In this document: positions 53,289-64,000 of the stretch, piece by piece
Position numbering within the stretch: position 1 is the stretch's first letter
How the letters are laid out: each line of letters begins with the position of its first letter
Origin: Tubulanus polymorphus
Taxonomy: Eukaryota > Animalia > Nemertea
Length of the DNA: 64,000 bases
NCBI RefSeq assembly: GCF_964204645.1
Contig: NC_134025.1
Coordinates: forward strand, 25,090,299 to 25,154,298
Direction of reading: 5' to 3'
Translations under genes and position numbers: made by a program
The notes under the pieces: generated by a model
The model's database searches: none
What the model saw: the letters and a program-made list of their open reading frames with translations, nothing else
What the model was told of the DNA's origin: nothing

Positions 53289-55919
53289 GTAGTCATAAAA
53301 TATACACAAATTCGGGTTGTACATGGTTGGCATTACATTGTAGAGTGTTTTTGTGTATACCCAATATTAAGCTACATATATACATGTATAACATATTTGA
53401 GAAATAAAGGGTTGATGGAATTGTATATGGGATAAGCCTATTCCTATTGCGAGTGCATTTCCTCGAATGTCGAATAAGCTTATATAGATTATCATAGAAA
53501 GATTTTAGCGATACTCTAAATGAAAAGAACAAACAAAACATGGTCAGGAAAAGGTTACAATGGTCTCTGGTGTAGAATACATACGTATTGAGATTTAGCT
53601 ATATCATTTTAAATGGATGTTTAAAAGTCCAATTAAACGGAAGAAAAAACTATATAGCAGCGGTAAAATAGTGCAAGTTTAACCAACGCTTGTGATAATA
53701 TTTGGTGAATTTAATTTTTGTTGTTAATTGCGTTTAGAATTAGATGGAAATATATTTAACAGTTTGTTGTGTATAATGTTTTTCGAGTTCATATATATAG
53801 TATGAAATAATGCGATGGTGTTTGACAGTTTTATCAGAATCAGTCACATGAACGTACGTCTTTTCTTTGTTTCCGTATTGTAAATCAATGATGTCAGACA
53901 TTTTCTTCGTTTTGTTTTTCTATTTAATCTATCAATTAATTTCGATTGAAAGCGAAAGCTAGACGATTAATGAGAAATACAGCGTGGTCGGTGAACTGTG
54001 AATGACAGCTGCGGTATTTTTGTACGTCCGTTGTCTTTTCAACATCTGATTAACGATGTACTTAATCAGCTGTGAAATACTCAATGAAACTGTAAAATTA
54101 TTTTGACTGAATGCTTACAGGACGATATCTCGATAATGTGTTGTTTACGTTCGCGTTAGTTTGAATGATTTCCGGCGTTTTCAAATGTTTCAAAGATGTC
54201 ATTATTTGCAATGCGTTTCCCCGATTAATCATATAATATCCATTCGATATGTTGTACGGTAAAACATTTGCCTTGGCAAATGTGCACCAGTGTGATAAAC
54301 TGATAGCAAGTATACCATAAAGTCTTGTGCGTCCTGGTACATATTTTGAAGACACTAATAAATAGTGTCTACCTTGTAAAATGATATCGTCCTGTGGGCT
54401 TTTTGCAACTATAAGTTCAAATTATGTAGACGCGTTTTTGCTTGTCCACCGTCAATGATGACAACCAATAATACTCTGTGAATACCATATGATATGTTTA
54501 TTTTATTTCAACGAATAAAAGAATGGATATAGGGTTGAATATTGGTGACTAGTCATCTCACTTTTACATGGCGTTCGTATATATTGTATATAATTCCACG
54601 GTTTTGATTTTACACATTTTTTTAAAAAGAAATTGAATTTGACGGAACGGCTCAGCAAAATTAAGTTAGATTCGCCTGTTGTTGTGGTTCCTTGACTTGA
54701 TCAGTAACGTTTGTCATCCGAGTCTAGTTAGATTCGATTGGATGCTTACATTAGTTCAATTAATGAAATGTACACACAAATCACGACAAGACACATTATT
54801 TCAAGTAGACGCATTCAGGCAAAATCAACATCTCTCAATTGAACATGGTCGCTGTATGTCTCACTATAAAGTGTATCGGTTAACTTAATTTCCACATACC
54901 AATCTTCTAGAAGCCGCATAAAGAGTTTAAACAGCCTAAAATCAATTAACATTTGTCCAATGTCGATTCGGTTATGCCTTCTACTTAATTAAAGTAGCTA
55001 TATGACTAACTAGCGAAGTTCGATCGAGGATACGAAGCATCCAAAACTGCAATTTTGTACACATCCCTCTCTTTATCATTTCTGTTTGTTTTTCATTTTT
55101 CACTCGTATCTGCCTCTCACTCGGCGAGAGCAATATCTTGGCTTTCACTGTATTATTAATTCTGGACGCGTGTATTCTCATAGCTCTATAATTCCACACG
55201 AAAGAAGTAGATACATATATAAGACATCTTTTGGTAGCGTAAAAATAATCTAATTACTATATAAGATATGAGAGAGAATATGAAAAACTTCCCGGCGATC
55301 GCACTTGGGGATATGAACCAATATTTCTGTTCATAGCGCACGATGAATTGAGGACGAAGATGAAAATGCGATCACAAGCTAATAAGATATATATCTTATA
55401 TTCTACTTCGCCGTTTCTGAAAGTTGGCGCGCTTTCATTAATTACTTTACACGGTAAGCTACATTATACGCGTTTAAGCCTAAATTACACGAGGCAAAAA
55501 TTGCTAGTGTTCTATTATCATTGTGACTGACATTTTTGTCACGCACAACAGTGAAAATCTATTAGGTTTTTTATCGTCGATACCTGCAGACGAAGGTCGT
55601 CGATCGGTCAACATCCTGACGGCAAACGCGGCGACGGGGTATCGGGGTAATACAGGCCTATACTGCTGTACATAAGCCGGAATGGTGACTCGACAGTTGA
55701 CGATATAGAATAGTAACATTCTATTTTGAATGTGAAAGATAATGATGATAGAAGATGAACAAAATTTCAAAACTTTTTCTTATTCTTATACGAAAATCGT
55801 TATGATCAAACAAAAATGATGATATTTGTTCAGGGTATGGAAGGAGATTCAACGTGTTCTCGGGTCCGGTTGAGGTTTTGCCCGATTTAAAAAGAAACGA
55901 CATAGGCGTTTGTCATCTG

Positions 55920-56040
55920 GGCCCCGTTGCACAGCCATTGCTTAGATCTAAAAACAGAAGACCAACTGAGTTCTATAGTTAATCTATCTCGTCTTAAGAT
56001 TTAAGACCATGAACTTAAGTCATAACTGTGCAACTGGGCT
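55920..56040. mobile_element. Short MITE
   Basis: TIRs GGCCCCGTTGCACAG and CTGTGCAACTGGGCT. A similar terminus (TTGAGCAACTGGTAC) occurs near 29880. Confidence 0.55.
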
Positions 56041-56580
56041 GGAGACTCTGTGATGAGACAACACTTGACGTCGTGGCGTCAGAATGATTACTCGTCGTTC
56101 TGTAGAAAAATCGATTGAGGCAGGCTACAGGAACAACCGTAATGATTTTCCCAAATGATAAGTCCCGTTGCGACGTTTTGTTAAATATCGCTTCATTTGC
56201 TTTAACACTTATATCGACATATCTGTCGAGTCCACGTACTGAGACTAAAAACAACGTCAGCGGAAATAATGTGTGACTAGGCAGAATAAAAGCAGCTTGA
56301 ACGCAGAAGTCACTCGTTGTTTAATGCGTTTCGTACGTTAAAGCGTGGGAGCTGGGGAGGCTGATAGAGACACTACAGTCGATAAATAAATGATATCCGG
56401 ATGAAAAATATCGAAGTGCTTGCCCTTTGGATAATCTGTTGTGCTGATGCGGTAAAATCATTGTTGAAGCCACTCCACTGAGTCAGCGTTATCAAATAGC
56501 CTACTTTTCTAGCCAGTCCGAGACTATGGGAGATGAATATTTGAAAAAAAAACTAAAAGTTTGCACTAGGCCTCTTTGTA

Positions 56581-56895
56581 TGGTGGCTGATTCGGGTCAT
56601 ACTAAAAAAATTTTCTGTACGGCTAAAGCAACGATAACAAATTTTTCACATTGGCCCATTTTTTGGTTTTCTCGCGCGAGAATTCAAAACATTTTGGTTT
56701 GAAAAATTTTTCTGACTGGCTAGATGCTGGATAAAAATTTTTTACAATGGCCCATTTTTTGTTTTCTCGCGCGAGAAAACCAAACTTTTTGAATTCTCGC
56801 GCGCGAAAACCAAAAAACCGGCCAATGTGGACATCTTTTTATCGTCGCTTTAGCCGTACAGAAAATTCTTTTAGTATGGCCCGAATCAGCCACCA
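56581..56895. mobile_element. Long fold-back element (about 120-bp inverted arms) upstream of OSCP1
   Basis: TGGTGGCTGATTCGGGTCATACTAAAAAAATTTTCTGTACGGCTAAAGC... (56581 to about 56700) pairs with ...GCTTTAGCCGTACAGAAAATTCTTTTAGTATGGCCCGAATCAGCCACCA (about 56777-56895). There is an internal duplicate of TGGCCCATTTTTTG(G)TTTTCTCGCGCGAGAA. Confidence 0.85.
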
Positions 56896-57258
56896 AATAT
56901 GTTTGAATCACGAACTAGGTATCATTACCGGTGTCCTCTTATTTCAGTTTTGATAGGGTCCGGGGCCAATCTACTAAAAAACCAAAACTGAAACATACAT
57001 TTTAATGATCTTACTAAAGATTCCCAAAACATTTGTTTCGAGTGAAACCATCGTCGATTTCGTCCGCGAATCTTGCCGCGCCAAATGAAATCGTCGCGCC
57101 ACTATTTGGAATTTTCATTTTATGTTTCAATGCAGACTGCGTTACGGAGACTACGGCGGCTGTAGCTCCGTCATCTACAGAATTCGCCTCTTGTTACTAC
57201 AACCATCATTATTCATTTCCGGGTTCGAAAAATCTATTTCAAAACTCAAAAAGCAACC

Positions 57259-60200
57259 ATGTCTTTGAAAACGCTTCCACTTCTTTTCATCAATCTCGGT
57301 GGTGAGATGATGTACATTTTGGATCAAAGGCTGCGAGCTCAAAATATTCCCGGTGAAAAGGCCACAAGAGGTGATCATTCGTATTTTTTAATGAAAATAG
57401 ATCTTTTTTGACAGGAGGCCTTGATGGAATGGAAGGAAGTTCCCTTTTGACTTGATTAGCTAAAAAAAAAGTTTAAAAACTTAAGTTGGTGGTTTTAGCT
57501 ATTAAATTCAATGAGAACCATGAAAAGGAATCACCCATTGACAATTACTAAATGCTGACATCAGATACTGCAATAATGTAAAATTACAGATAACAGGAAT
57601 GAGAAATCTGAAAAGCTCAGCCTGATCTGACTTGGGAAGAAACAGGCATCTGAACTTCAATGTAAAATTTGTGGTTCTTTATACATGCCCTTTTATATTA
57701 CCAATTTCAGTAATGCATGATATTGTTAGTACCATGTTCAGTAAGCGTTTTATGGAAGAACTATTTAAACCTCAAGAACTTTACTCGAAGAAGGCATTGA
57801 GAACAGTATTTGACAGACTTGCTCATGCATCTATAATGCGTCTTAATTCTGCCAGTATGGACAAGGTCTGCATTTCAAAAACTCGCTAAACTTATATTCG
57901 CTTGAAAATTCCAGTTTAATCACTGAATTTCAATTTGCAGTTATATGACCTGATGACAATGGCTTTCAAATATCAAGTTTCGTTGTGTCTGCAACCGAAA
58001 GAGATTTTGCTCGTAACTTTGAACCACATGGATTCGATTCGTGCTTTTGTGAATGATTCGCACAACATTCGACAACAAGTTGAAAATGTGTACAGGCTTC
58101 TTATTCAGGTAATAAACCGTCGAAATAGCTACCTGATATTAGAAAAATGCGTGCTAGGGTCTTCAAGGTGATCCATGAGATGTTCAAGATTGGATTTAAT
58201 GAAATGTGTGACCATAAACAAAATTTCAAACCGTCCATGAATGAATTAGACCTATGTAAAGAACAAAAATAATCTTCGGTCACGTTTAGTCTTAACCCAA
58301 AACCGAGTTTTATAAGGACCACCGGGTGCTTAGGTTAACCAGACCAGACTAATAGACGTTTTTGTTTTTTATAATAGAATTATGCTTCCCTCTCGTCCGG
58401 TGATTTCCAGCTTATTCGACAGACTCTTCTTAGCTTCTTCCAAGATATGCATATTCGGGTAAGCAAGTTGAAAATAAAGCGGCAAGGCAATTCTGTGCAT
58501 GATCAATTCCATTGGAGACTTCATGTTACTAATTATCTTTTAGGTGTCTATTTTCTTAAAAGATAAAGTTCAAAATGCAAATGGACGTTTTGTTTTACCT
58601 ACTAGCGGTTTAGTGCCACCGGGCACAGAAATTCCTGGTACCATTAGGTATGCATAGCTGTTTATATCCTAAGGCTAAAAAATGATACCTGGTTTCTCCT
58701 AATTGGCCAGATCATTTTATAAATCCCAATAAGAATTTGTAATCAGTTCATTTCTATAGCTGCCAGGTCTGTTATTGTTAGCTTGATCACAATTTTTAAC
58801 ATCTGCAGAGTAGATAGGCCAGCCAGGTCAACTTTTAAGCTCAGCAGAAATGAGAAACAAGGTTTCACTTTTTAGCTTAAAGCTACATGTATCTATAGAG
58901 AATCATAGAGCACATTTGTTTGTCTGTTGGAACCAGTTCCTCATACTTTCAGGAAAATGATTACAGTAACTTCTTATCGAATTAAGAAAAACCAAATAAA
59001 TGAAGAAATGAAATTAACCTTGGAGTTTGATATTTTTGTGACACTGAGTTACATTTTTAAACTTGCGATTTTCAGATATTTTGTTTCTCTCTCCTAGGTT
59101 ATTCAATGATAATGGCGATGTCTGTACAGTGCCATTTTCATCTGGTGGAAACTATGTGAACTCATCGAGCGAAGGCTCGTATGACATCAGCGGAGATCGA
59201 GTCACAAAATTAGGAACAAACATGTATGAACTGAATACATAAGAGACGATTCATTTTGCATAATAAATTAATGGTCCCTAAATATATCAAATCAAATATG
59301 CTGAAACAGCAACATGAAATATTAATGGCGTTGGATACGCGATGTCAATGTCATTGAAGCTGTGTGAATATTTTATCCCCAAATGCCAAATTGCATTCAT
59401 TATGTAGTGAGAGCATATAACATATCAACTTATTGAATTCATGGCAGGAAGTATGTTTTCAGGTACAATGTTGTGAGACAAGTTGAAACGATGCTTTCTG
59501 GGCCTGCCAATACCAAAGTTGTGTCACAAATCTCGGATATGGTATGTTAGTTATTTTGTAGTAAAAGTTTAGCTAAAGAACACGATCATTTTGATCTGAG
59601 ATACGAAGTGTATACTGATTAGATTCAAAATACATGTAGATGATAATTCTTGATCCCTTGATTTGATTTCTCAAATGATCGGAATTTCATGCGTTCACTC
59701 TACTATATGTGTATTAACTCTTGAGGTGAAAATTTGATTTTCTATTCATAAAGGAAGCAAACACTCCAAATCCTCTTGCCAAGGCCCAGCTAGATCTATT
59801 GTCTCATTTAATCGGTGGTGGAGACAAACGTAGTAGTCGAACAGAATTCCGTCTGAATCTTTTTAGTACAGATGAAGAAGAAGAGTACGTGTAATGAATC
59901 AATTTTAGATCAAATCATTGAAAATCATCATCGGGAATAAGTCCTACAAGTTAATAGTCAAAATGATGTAAATCTGAGTTCGTCTTCAAAACGATTATCT
60001 CAATATTAACCTTTATTTCAGAAATGCAGTTTCATTCGCTGCGTCGGCGTCACCTACTGTAGAAGAAGCATCCGGAGTGATACGGATCAACGCTCAAATG
60101 GTCAGCAATTCTTTTAATTCAATAATGCACTTGATTGTTGTATCTGTAGTTATGTAGTTACACGGTATTGTATTGTAAAGCATGTTGCTGCCCTGAAGAC

Positions 60201-60344
60201 ACTAATTCTCTGATTCCCATTTTGTCTTTACATTATCAGGTACAAAATCAAGAGTTGAACAGAATTATGGGTGAACTAGCCGTCGATGATGACAATAGCG
60301 AACAAAAAGACGATGATCTGTTGGACTTGTTGGATAAAGCTTAA
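57259..60344 (+). CDS. OSCP1: Organic solute carrier partner 1 (OSCP1/NOR1), 379 aa
   Basis: Ten in-frame exons totalling 1140 nt: 57259-57370, 57711-57865, 57941-58108, 58378-58458, 58544-58647, 59098-59223, 59463-59541, 59754-59884, 60022-60100, 60240-60344. Diagnostic peptides are MSLKTLPLLFINLGGEMMYILDQRLRAQNI, FMEELFKPQELYSKKALRTVFDRLAHASIMRLN.ASMDKLYDLMTMAFKYQV, GDRVTKLGTNMY and DDLLDLLD. Confidence 0.95.
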
Positions 60345-62065
60345 AATTGCATCTAAATCTAAATGAAAATATGTGTGTTTCTCTGTTTTCTGCCCTCATG
60401 CCTGGATCTCGTTTTCTTATCTATGACAACGTAGTACATGATTATGTGAAATATCTTGTAAAACGATGTTAACTTTTTCATGTTACTGTATGCGGTGTAT
60501 AAAATGTAGTACGACTGGATATTAGAAAATATAGAACAGGGTCTATTCCTACCCCCCTGGTCAACGATGATATTGCAAACAGGTGATCGCAAATGGCTCG
60601 GGTCATCGACAAGACCTCAGCTCCAGCGTTTCATCTTGCACTCGTCCTTCAATTTTAGAATTACATTTACATGTTCTACATATGTACGACTAATGCATAA
60701 GTCAAATTGTAAATGTAATAAACTATTATTTTCTAGAGTCCATTGTTTTGATAATAGGTTTACATAGATATTAGACGACATTTGAAAATGAATGTTTAAA
60801 TTTGACCCTTGGATGTTAAAATGTTCTAGATTGCATATTTGGTGCTTAGAAGATGCCACCTTTTTCCACCGCTAATCTCCCGTCTAATGTGGTGTACTAA
60901 CAATTCTAACTGATTATGGTTCAATTTACGAAAAGGAACCTGCATTTATCTTATTTCGAATTGTATGTGTTTAGATACATGTTCATGCATCCCGGGCAGC
61001 GTCTGGTCAGCTGTAATTGGTTGATGCTTGATGTGGTGTAAAGTTTCAGTTTTCATTACTCGAACGCTTGAGATATTACATTCATAACAATCAAAAACTC
61101 CGTCCAAACCTTTCAATTTTGCTGGTTGATTCTTTGGGGAAACGAAGCGAGATTCTTTCCAATCGTCCAAACGGAATTTGCTAAAACATGACAATGGTTC
61201 GACGATTCTGTCAACATCTTTATTGTGATCAGTTTATTATAGAATGTGTATGTGTAACTGTTGATTCTGTATGAACTTGCACCTTGAATTGTTTGTTATA
61301 AGTTACGAAGATTTTAGAACACGTATTTTGTTGTAAATACTAATATCAGTCTTCATTTTTGATCTTTTTTTCGCAAAATCGATTTTTGCATTGTAAAGAA
61401 TTTCGGAGTTCAGCTCGTTGAATCTCTTCGAGGATTATTGAATGTTTGAAGGGGTCGGCTAACTGCAGGAAAATGAGAAGGGATACGCGACAGAGATAGA
61501 ATCCTATGGACCATACCATCTTCCATCAAGTTTAAATATGTATGAACATCTCTGGTTTACCTCGGCTATAGATATGATTTTCTATTATCGGTAATTTTTG
61601 AAGAAGTGCTCTACGTACCAGATATTTTAATTTCGGAGTAAAGACTAAATGTGTATAATACGGTATATATTTATTCAAAATAGGTTGACATCTGTGTCCC
61701 AACTGTCGCATTCTATATATATGCTATTTTCGTAACCCGTATACATTATACAAGTACATGTACATTAACTGTACATGCAGCATTCTATGCCTTTAGTGTC
61801 CAATATTATGCTAATGATTTCGACTTATTTTCTATCACCGACTCAATGAGTTTCTACACGTATATGATTATATTTTATTCTACATATTTCTAATAAAGCT
61901 TTCTATTAAATAACCAAAACTAAAATTCAAAACATATAGGCTACGTACTAGCTACAAATAAATAATGAAAACTATTTGAAATCAAACCACCGAAATGGAG
62001 GTTAAATGTCGTATAAAAACTGACCATTGAACCCTTTGATAGTAGTATAATATGATATAATTTGT

Positions 62066-63466
62066 TTATTTCAGCATATCTTTCAAGTACTGGCGGGCGA
62101 CTAATCTCTGTTTATGAAACAAATTCATGACGTCTTCAGCAAACTTAGATGGCATCTGATCATATTCGGTGTCGACCTCTGTCAGCCTTTCGACGGCCGC
62201 TTCTTTATCGAATTTCTGACAGACCTCATTATTGTAAACGTCCATCGCTTTTCCCTTCAATCCCTTGCGTTTACACAACTCAAAAGCTAATCTGGACTCG
62301 TCTATCTGACCGACACACTCGAACGCGTTGTGCTTTCCTAAACCCAGCATTTGGCGATAGTACACTTGATTTTCAGGCAGGTCCAGCAGGTTTTCCTTGA
62401 ATATCGAGTCGACCAGATTTGTCGGCAGGTATGCCATATATTCTAGCCAAACGTAGGCGCACTTTGCGCATCTTTTGCACCATGGTTTCACCACGTTACA
62501 CGAATGAGTATAAGGCAGGTGAACAGCACCAAACGAATTCAGCATAGTAAATATCAATACATCATTAATTGGTTTGAGAATACTGAAATATTTGAAGTTA
62601 GAAATCAGGTTATCTCTAATGTAAGAATCAAACATCATCTCTTCTTCCTGACTCTTGCAATATTGATGATTAATGGGTAGTCCATTCTTCTCCCAAATCA
62701 AATTCGGGTGTTCGGCGCTCTTTTCGTGGCCCAAGTTCATGTAGCGATATCGATATTGAAGAATGACTGGCAGCGATCCAAACACCGCACGAAGCGTTTC
62801 ATCTTCTTGCAAGGTTTTTATACCCACATCATTCATGTGGACAATCGGACAATCTAAGAAGTCATCGTACATCGATATTTGATGATGTTTGCGCGATTTG
62901 GTGCAATTATTTACTTGATCGCGAATAAGTCGAAGTTGTAAAGGTGAAGTGCCATAAATAGTGCCGCTATAACCAAGCGTGCCGTACTCGACTCCAACTT
63001 TTTCTAAAATGGTAGTGCACATCAGACTATCTTTACCTCCACCGTTCAAAGACAGCATCTCGGGCCCATCAGGTGGTGACATCTCAACGGGCACAGGAGA
63101 GCAACCACTTGGTTTATTCAAAAATGTTGGGCCTTTATAATCAGGGAGATCATTCTCGTACAACCATTGGGAATACGCACCCATGAAATGTTTTAGCCAC
63201 ATTTTCTCGAATGCTACCGTATGGTAGTGTTCATAACAACCCAGGTCGATTAACTTCGGTTTTAAACTTTGCAGTTTGCTCATCTCAAACGCAGCGATAT
63301 GGAAATACACCCTATCCATGTATTCTTTTCCGTACGTATCTTCCAGTTCGTAGAAATTGACATCGTGGTACCACAGTGATGTTGTAAATTGTAGATCACC
63401 AACACCATACACCATACTAATTTGGTGTTTGGCGCGGTTGTAACACTTCAACAAAACAACGGCCAT
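62066..63466 (-). CDS. murL: MurL-like protein (UDP-MurNAc-L-Ala-L-Glu epimerase family; PP-loop ATP-dependent adenylating fold), 466 aa, intronless CDS
   Basis: Ordered motifs NGGGKDS (PP-loop), GHEKSA, INHQYCKS, FSILKP, HSCN, WCKRCAKC and AFECVG correspond to the MurL motifs GGGKDS, SNERSA, NHQ(W/Y)SKS, FSLLRP, SCN, WCGxCPKC and PFECVG (recalled from memory). The acceptor ATATTTCAG ends 4 nt before the ATG. AATAAA lies on the minus strand at about 61874-61879. Confidence 0.75.
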   Translation of the reverse strand: MAVVLLKCYNRAKHQISMVYGVGDLQFTTSLWYHDVNFYELEDTYGKEYMDRVYFHIAAFEMSKLQSLKPKLIDLGCYEHYHTVAFEKMWLKHFMGAYSQWLYENDLPDYKGPTFLNKPSGCSPVPVEMSPPDGPEMLSLNGGGKDSLMCTTILEKVGVEYGTLGYSGTIYGTSPLQLRLIRDQVNNCTKSRKHHQISMYDDFLDCPIVHMNDVGIKTLQEDETLRAVFGSLPVILQYRYRYMNLGHEKSAEHPNLIWEKNGLPINHQYCKSQEEEMMFDSYIRDNLISNFKYFSILKPINDVLIFTMLNSFGAVHLPYTHSCNVVKPWCKRCAKCAYVWLEYMAYLPTNLVDSIFKENLLDLPENQVYYRQMLGLGKHNAFECVGQIDESRLAFELCKRKGLKGKAMDVYNNEVCQKFDKEAAVERLTEVDTEYDQMPSKFAEDVMNLFHKQRLVARQYLKDMLK

Positions 63467-63908
63467 GATACTGAAATATAAAATCCAGATTTCATGAATT
63501 CATGTTCTGTGATATATACCTTTGACGATAAAAACGGTATTCACACCAACATATATAATTGTACATATTGTAGTGTCAACCCTCACTATCTGCCACATCG
63601 GCCTTCTGCCAAATATGTTGAGTTGCCAGGTTTGGAAAATTTAGTTCATCGTACGTCTGTTAATTATATGGATCGTACTGCCCAATATGCGTCAAGCCTC
63701 CCAAATCCATATGGATTGATTGACATATCAAATGAAATCCATCTGTAAATTACTTGTATTCATTCATGTCCTTATTACATGAAATAACACACATATACAA
63801 CGCATGTATAGAGCATAGCCTAACGATCCAAGTAAACCCATTACGGCTAGAAATGACAAGACCATTTATCGGCCATCTTGAATCTGGTTGACCCACTTGC
63901 GTTTTTTA

Positions 63909-63996
63909 TACATCCAGGGATGAAAAGTTACCTCAACGACTTGAATACAATGGAAAGGTTAGGGTTTCGGGAGGTAACCTTTCGTTCCTGGATATA
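63909..63996. mobile_element. Small inverted-repeat MITE
   Basis: TACATCCAGGGATGAAAAGTTACCTC and GAGGTAACCTTTCGTTCCTGGATATA are 26-nt arms with about 4 mismatches. Confidence 0.65.
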
Positions 63997-64000
63997 CCAT

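Noticed and set aside
1-64000. Prokaryotic systems (CRISPR arrays, operons, defence islands) and tRNA/rRNA genes
   Set aside because: The DNA is spliceosomal-intron eukaryotic sequence. No repeat-spacer arrays, cloverleaf/T-loop signatures or rRNA motifs were seen by eye. tRNAscan and Infernal would be needed to exclude small ncRNAs.

Overview
This is AT-rich, intron-containing animal genomic DNA. The short GT-AG introns, many MITEs and gene set suggest a marine invertebrate (inference). No prokaryotic features, tRNA, rRNA or CRISPR were seen. Seven protein-coding loci were reconstructed by hand from splice sites and reading phase: (1) the 3' part of a soluble adenylate cyclase ADCY10-like gene (+, 1-4453); (2) a SOCS-box protein (+, 5729-7781); (3) a 4-Ig-domain single-pass membrane protein (-, 9662-14982) with candidate alternative start exons at about 23550 and 28735; (4) kintoun/DNAAF2 (-, 26122-31701); (5) an intronless SK/KCNN-type Ca2+-activated K+ channel (+, 49036-50475) interrupted by one in-frame TAA at the conserved S4 Tyr; (6) OSCP1 (+, 57259-60344); (7) an intronless ORF (-, 62066-63466) carrying the ordered motifs of bacterial MurL, an ATP-dependent peptidoglycan-precursor L-Glu epimerase, with a spliceosomal acceptor 4 nt before its ATG. 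The two most interesting items are the apparently domesticated MurL-like peptide epimerase in an animal and the stop-split SK channel. The long non-coding stretches hold several inverted-repeat MITEs, a dispersed repeat, a (TA)n tract and RFX X-box-like motifs.
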